Shown piece after piece: positions 62,129-64,000 of a stretch of DNA of 64,000 nucleotides. The stretch lies in sequence record PZ445551.1, one strand, 5' to 3'. The first letter of the stretch is position 1; every line of letters begins with the position of its first letter. The notes under the pieces are model-generated. The model was not told where the DNA came from. It made no database searches and saw nothing but the letters and a program-made list of their open reading frames with translations. This DNA is from a phage. Position numbers and translations under genes: made by a program.

Positions 62129-62204
62129 TGTGGTATCGTACAGATGGTTAGTACACTCGACCGATAATCGAGAAACAACGGTTCGACTCCGTTTACCACG
62201 ACCA
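62129..62204 (+). tRNA. tRNA-Ile(GAT)
   Basis: acceptor TGTGGTA/TACCACG, D-arm GTAC-AGATGGTTA-GTAC, anticodon arm CTCGA-CCGATAA-TCGAG, T-arm AACGG-TTCGACT-CCGTT. Confidence 0.8.
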
Positions 62205-62312
62205 AACTCCGTGCCAGCGGTGTCTTCGAAGAACAAGCCTAGTTCCTTCTGAGATGGAGGGGTGCGACTCCTTAACGCACATACTACTACTAAATACTTA
62301 TCAGGAGATATT

Positions 62313-62582
62313 ATGTATACTTTAAAAGTAATTCGCAAGTTTCCTCAAGAAGAGGAAGTAAGAATTTATAACACTGTCCCATTCGTAGTAAATGAAGAAG
62401 AATTCTTTTATTGCTTAGAAGATGAAGTGATTATTCAATATCATTGGGAAGGTTATGACAGACCAGATGGTGTTGTAGCTTCTGTGATTGCTGGTGAAAG
62501 AGTGTTATTCATTCACAAAACTGAATCAGCATATTTAATGAATGATAAAGGACAAACTGTTAAAGTAATTAACAGACCATAA
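62313..62582 (+). CDS. hypothetical protein (89 aa)
   Basis: track ORF 62262..62582 trimmed to ATG 62313 after RBS caggag. Confidence 0.5.
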   Translation: MYTLKVIRKFPQEEEVRIYNTVPFVVNEEEFFYCLEDEVIIQYHWEGYDRPDGVVASVIAGERVLFIHKTESAYLMNDKGQTVKVINRP

Positions 62583-62595
62583 AGAATTTTATAAA

Positions 62596-62619
62596 AGCCT
62601 CCTTTTTGGAGGTTTTTTA
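62596..62619 (+). terminator. rho-independent terminator
   Basis: agcctcc-ttttt-ggaggtt followed by TTTTTT. Confidence 0.65.
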
Positions 62620-62688
62620 TTATCTATAAAATAAAGATCTTTACAAAACGTATAAAATATGTTATCCTTAAGTAAGGAGGTGCATATT

Positions 62689-62979
62689 ATGCCTAAATTG
62701 AAAAGAGGTCGAGGTAGACCTACAGCCGAAATGCAACAGATTTATGCTATGGATGCTGCACAGGCGCAAGTAAAAGAAATTTTTGCTGGTCGTTATTTAG
62801 ATGCTATGCGTTACATTGCAGATCTTGTTGTAGATGAAAAGGCTTCTGCTAATATTAAGTTGACTGCTTCTAAGATCATCAAAGAACAAGTAGAAGAATG
62901 GCTGGAAGAACATTATGAATCTATGGAAGAAGAAGATATTCTTCCAGAAAATTCTCCCCCTCAAAAAATCGTTATCTAA
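62689..62979 (+). CDS. small protein with N-terminal AT-hook (KRGRGRP) and acidic C-terminus
   Basis: track ORF 62659..62979 trimmed to ATG 62689 after RBS aaggagg. Confidence 0.5.
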   Translation: MPKLKRGRGRPTAEMQQIYAMDAAQAQVKEIFAGRYLDAMRYIADLVVDEKASANIKLTASKIIKEQVEEWLEEHYESMEEEDILPENSPPQKIVI

Positions 62980-63026
62980 TTCTCCTCTCTTGGGAACTTT
63001 GTTCCCCCTCTCCTTGTTAATTAACA

Positions 63027-63056
63027 CCCCTTTCCGAAAGGTTAGGGGGTTTTTTA
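63027..63056 (+). terminator. rho-independent terminator
   Basis: cccc...ggggg hairpin followed by TTTTTT. Confidence 0.5.
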
Positions 63057-63116
63057 TTTATACCTATTGCTTTTATATATGTTTTTATGATATGATTAAT
63101 ACAGGAGGATTATAAA

Positions 63117-63290
63117 ATGAGAAACTATGTAGCTAAACACGATTTCAATAGGGCTTCTTATCACAGAGATAAGAAGAACAGTTATTCGCGTAAATGGGAT
63201 CTGGAGGAAGAGTTAGACTATGATTACAGAAGAACAATGGAAGGAGATTTTGGAGAATGCACAACCGATGGTAGTGAAGAAGATAGTTAA
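63117..63290 (+). CDS. small hypothetical protein (57 aa), not in track
   Basis: ATG 63117 after strong RBS caggagga. Confidence 0.45.
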   Translation: MRNYVAKHDFNRASYHRDKKNSYSRKWDLEEELDYDYRRTMEGDFGECTTDGSEEDS

Positions 63291-63325
63291 TAATTCACCA
63301 AGTCTCCCTAAAGTAAAATTTAAAG

Positions 63326-63757
63326 ATGATGATACTGACTATGTTAATAAACCTACTGAAGAATAAATGGGTTAGGTATTTTGTTCTTATTATAGCACTG
63401 TTTGGTGGTTTGTATGTTGGTTTAAACAAATTACACGATGACGTGTATGCACAAGGCTACAACGCAGGTGTTGCTAAACAAGAACAAATATTACAACAAA
63501 ACCAAATTAAAGCAAAACAGCAATTCGATATCTTACAAGCAAAAGCAGATGCAGAAAGATCTAAATTGAATGAAAAAATTCATTCATTAACGAAAGAAAG
63601 AAATGATCTTCTTACACAACTGGATAAGAAGAGTAATAACATAACACAAGAGAGAATAGATTATGCGAAAACATCTTCTGGCGCTATGTCTTGTTTTAGC
63701 CCTAATGATGACGGGTTGCGCATCATCAACAACAGCTTCCCAGCCTCTACTGATTGA
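63326..63757 (+). CDS. i-spanin (Rz-like): N-terminal TM anchor plus periplasmic coiled-coil
   Basis: hydrophobic VRYFVLIIALFGGLYVGL then Gln/Lys/Glu-rich helical region; o-spanin gene overlaps its 3' end. Confidence 0.55.
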   Translation: MMILTMLINLLKNKWVRYFVLIIALFGGLYVGLNKLHDDVYAQGYNAGVAKQEQILQQNQIKAKQQFDILQAKADAERSKLNEKIHSLTKERNDLLTQLDKKSNNITQERIDYAKTSSGAMSCFSPNDDGLRIINNSFPASTD

Positions 63758-63992
63758 GCAGTGTAAAGCTGTAGCAACACAACAAATAAAAGCCCCTGAT
63801 TCTGTCAGTATGGAAAAACCATCTACCCCTGTTTTATATACCCCTAATCAAATAAAAAAAGGAGTTACAAGATCAGAGGTAGTTGATAATCAAACTTTAA
63901 ATAACGCTTTGTGGGAGAAGGATAGGATAAAACTTATCAGTTTACAAAATTATATTAAAACATTACAAAGCGAAGGAATAATTTCTAATTAG
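63663..63992 (+). CDS. o-spanin (Rz1-like outer-membrane lipoprotein)
   Basis: lipoprotein signal MRKHLLALCLVLALMMTGC (lipobox MTGC); starts inside the i-spanin gene in another frame. Confidence 0.55.
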   Translation: MRKHLLALCLVLALMMTGCASSTTASQPLLIEQCKAVATQQIKAPDSVSMEKPSTPVLYTPNQIKKGVTRSEVVDNQTLNNALWEKDRIKLISLQNYIKTLQSEGIISN

Positions 63993-64000
63993 GAGGAGAT

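Noticed and set aside
62205-62312. Possible additional tRNA after tRNA-Ile
   Set aside because: A T-loop-like GGTGCGACTCC and hairpins are present but no consistent acceptor/anticodon/T arrangement could be folded.
1-64000. CRISPR array
   Set aside because: No regularly spaced direct repeats with unique spacers were seen; the repeated elements are promoter/hairpin cassettes and terminators with irregular spacing and coding sequence between them.

Overview
This window reads as a segment of a large virulent dsDNA phage of a Gram-negative host (AT-rich, sigma70-like TTGACA promoters, AGGAG-type RBS, many GC-hairpin/T-run terminators). It has four blocks. (1) 1-19.9 kb, plus strand: about 60 densely packed small early-type ORFs, six of them preceded by a repeated promoter plus conserved 5'-UTR stem-loop cassette, and a tandemly diverged four-member protein family. 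(2) 5.5-7.2 kb: a 1.7 kb non-coding hub with Fur-box-like repeats, direct repeats and palindromes. (3) 20-55.8 kb, minus strand: Sir2-like operon, two orphan DNA methyltransferases, serine recombinase, protein phosphatase, HslV-like protease, PhoH, T4-type lysozyme, glutaredoxin, rmlBACD, nrdB/homing endonuclease/nrdA, thyX, tdk, nucleases, MazG-like, two ligase-like genes and a split kinase/RNA-ligase/phosphoesterase cassette. (4) 56-64 kb, plus strand: an adjacent PRPP-synthetase-like and NAMPT-like pair, a tRNA array (15 canonical cloverleaves plus 2 tRNA-derived atypical elements) interleaved with small ORFs and promoters, and an overlapped spanin pair. The strongest candidates for a notable system are the Prs-like/NAMPT-like pair (NAD+ reconstitution, NARP1-like), the Sir2-like operon, and the RNA-repair cassette beside the tRNA array. 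All calls rest on manual reading of the sequence and ORF track; no database search was run, and ORF starts were trimmed to RBS-supported codons where the track start looked upstream of the real one.
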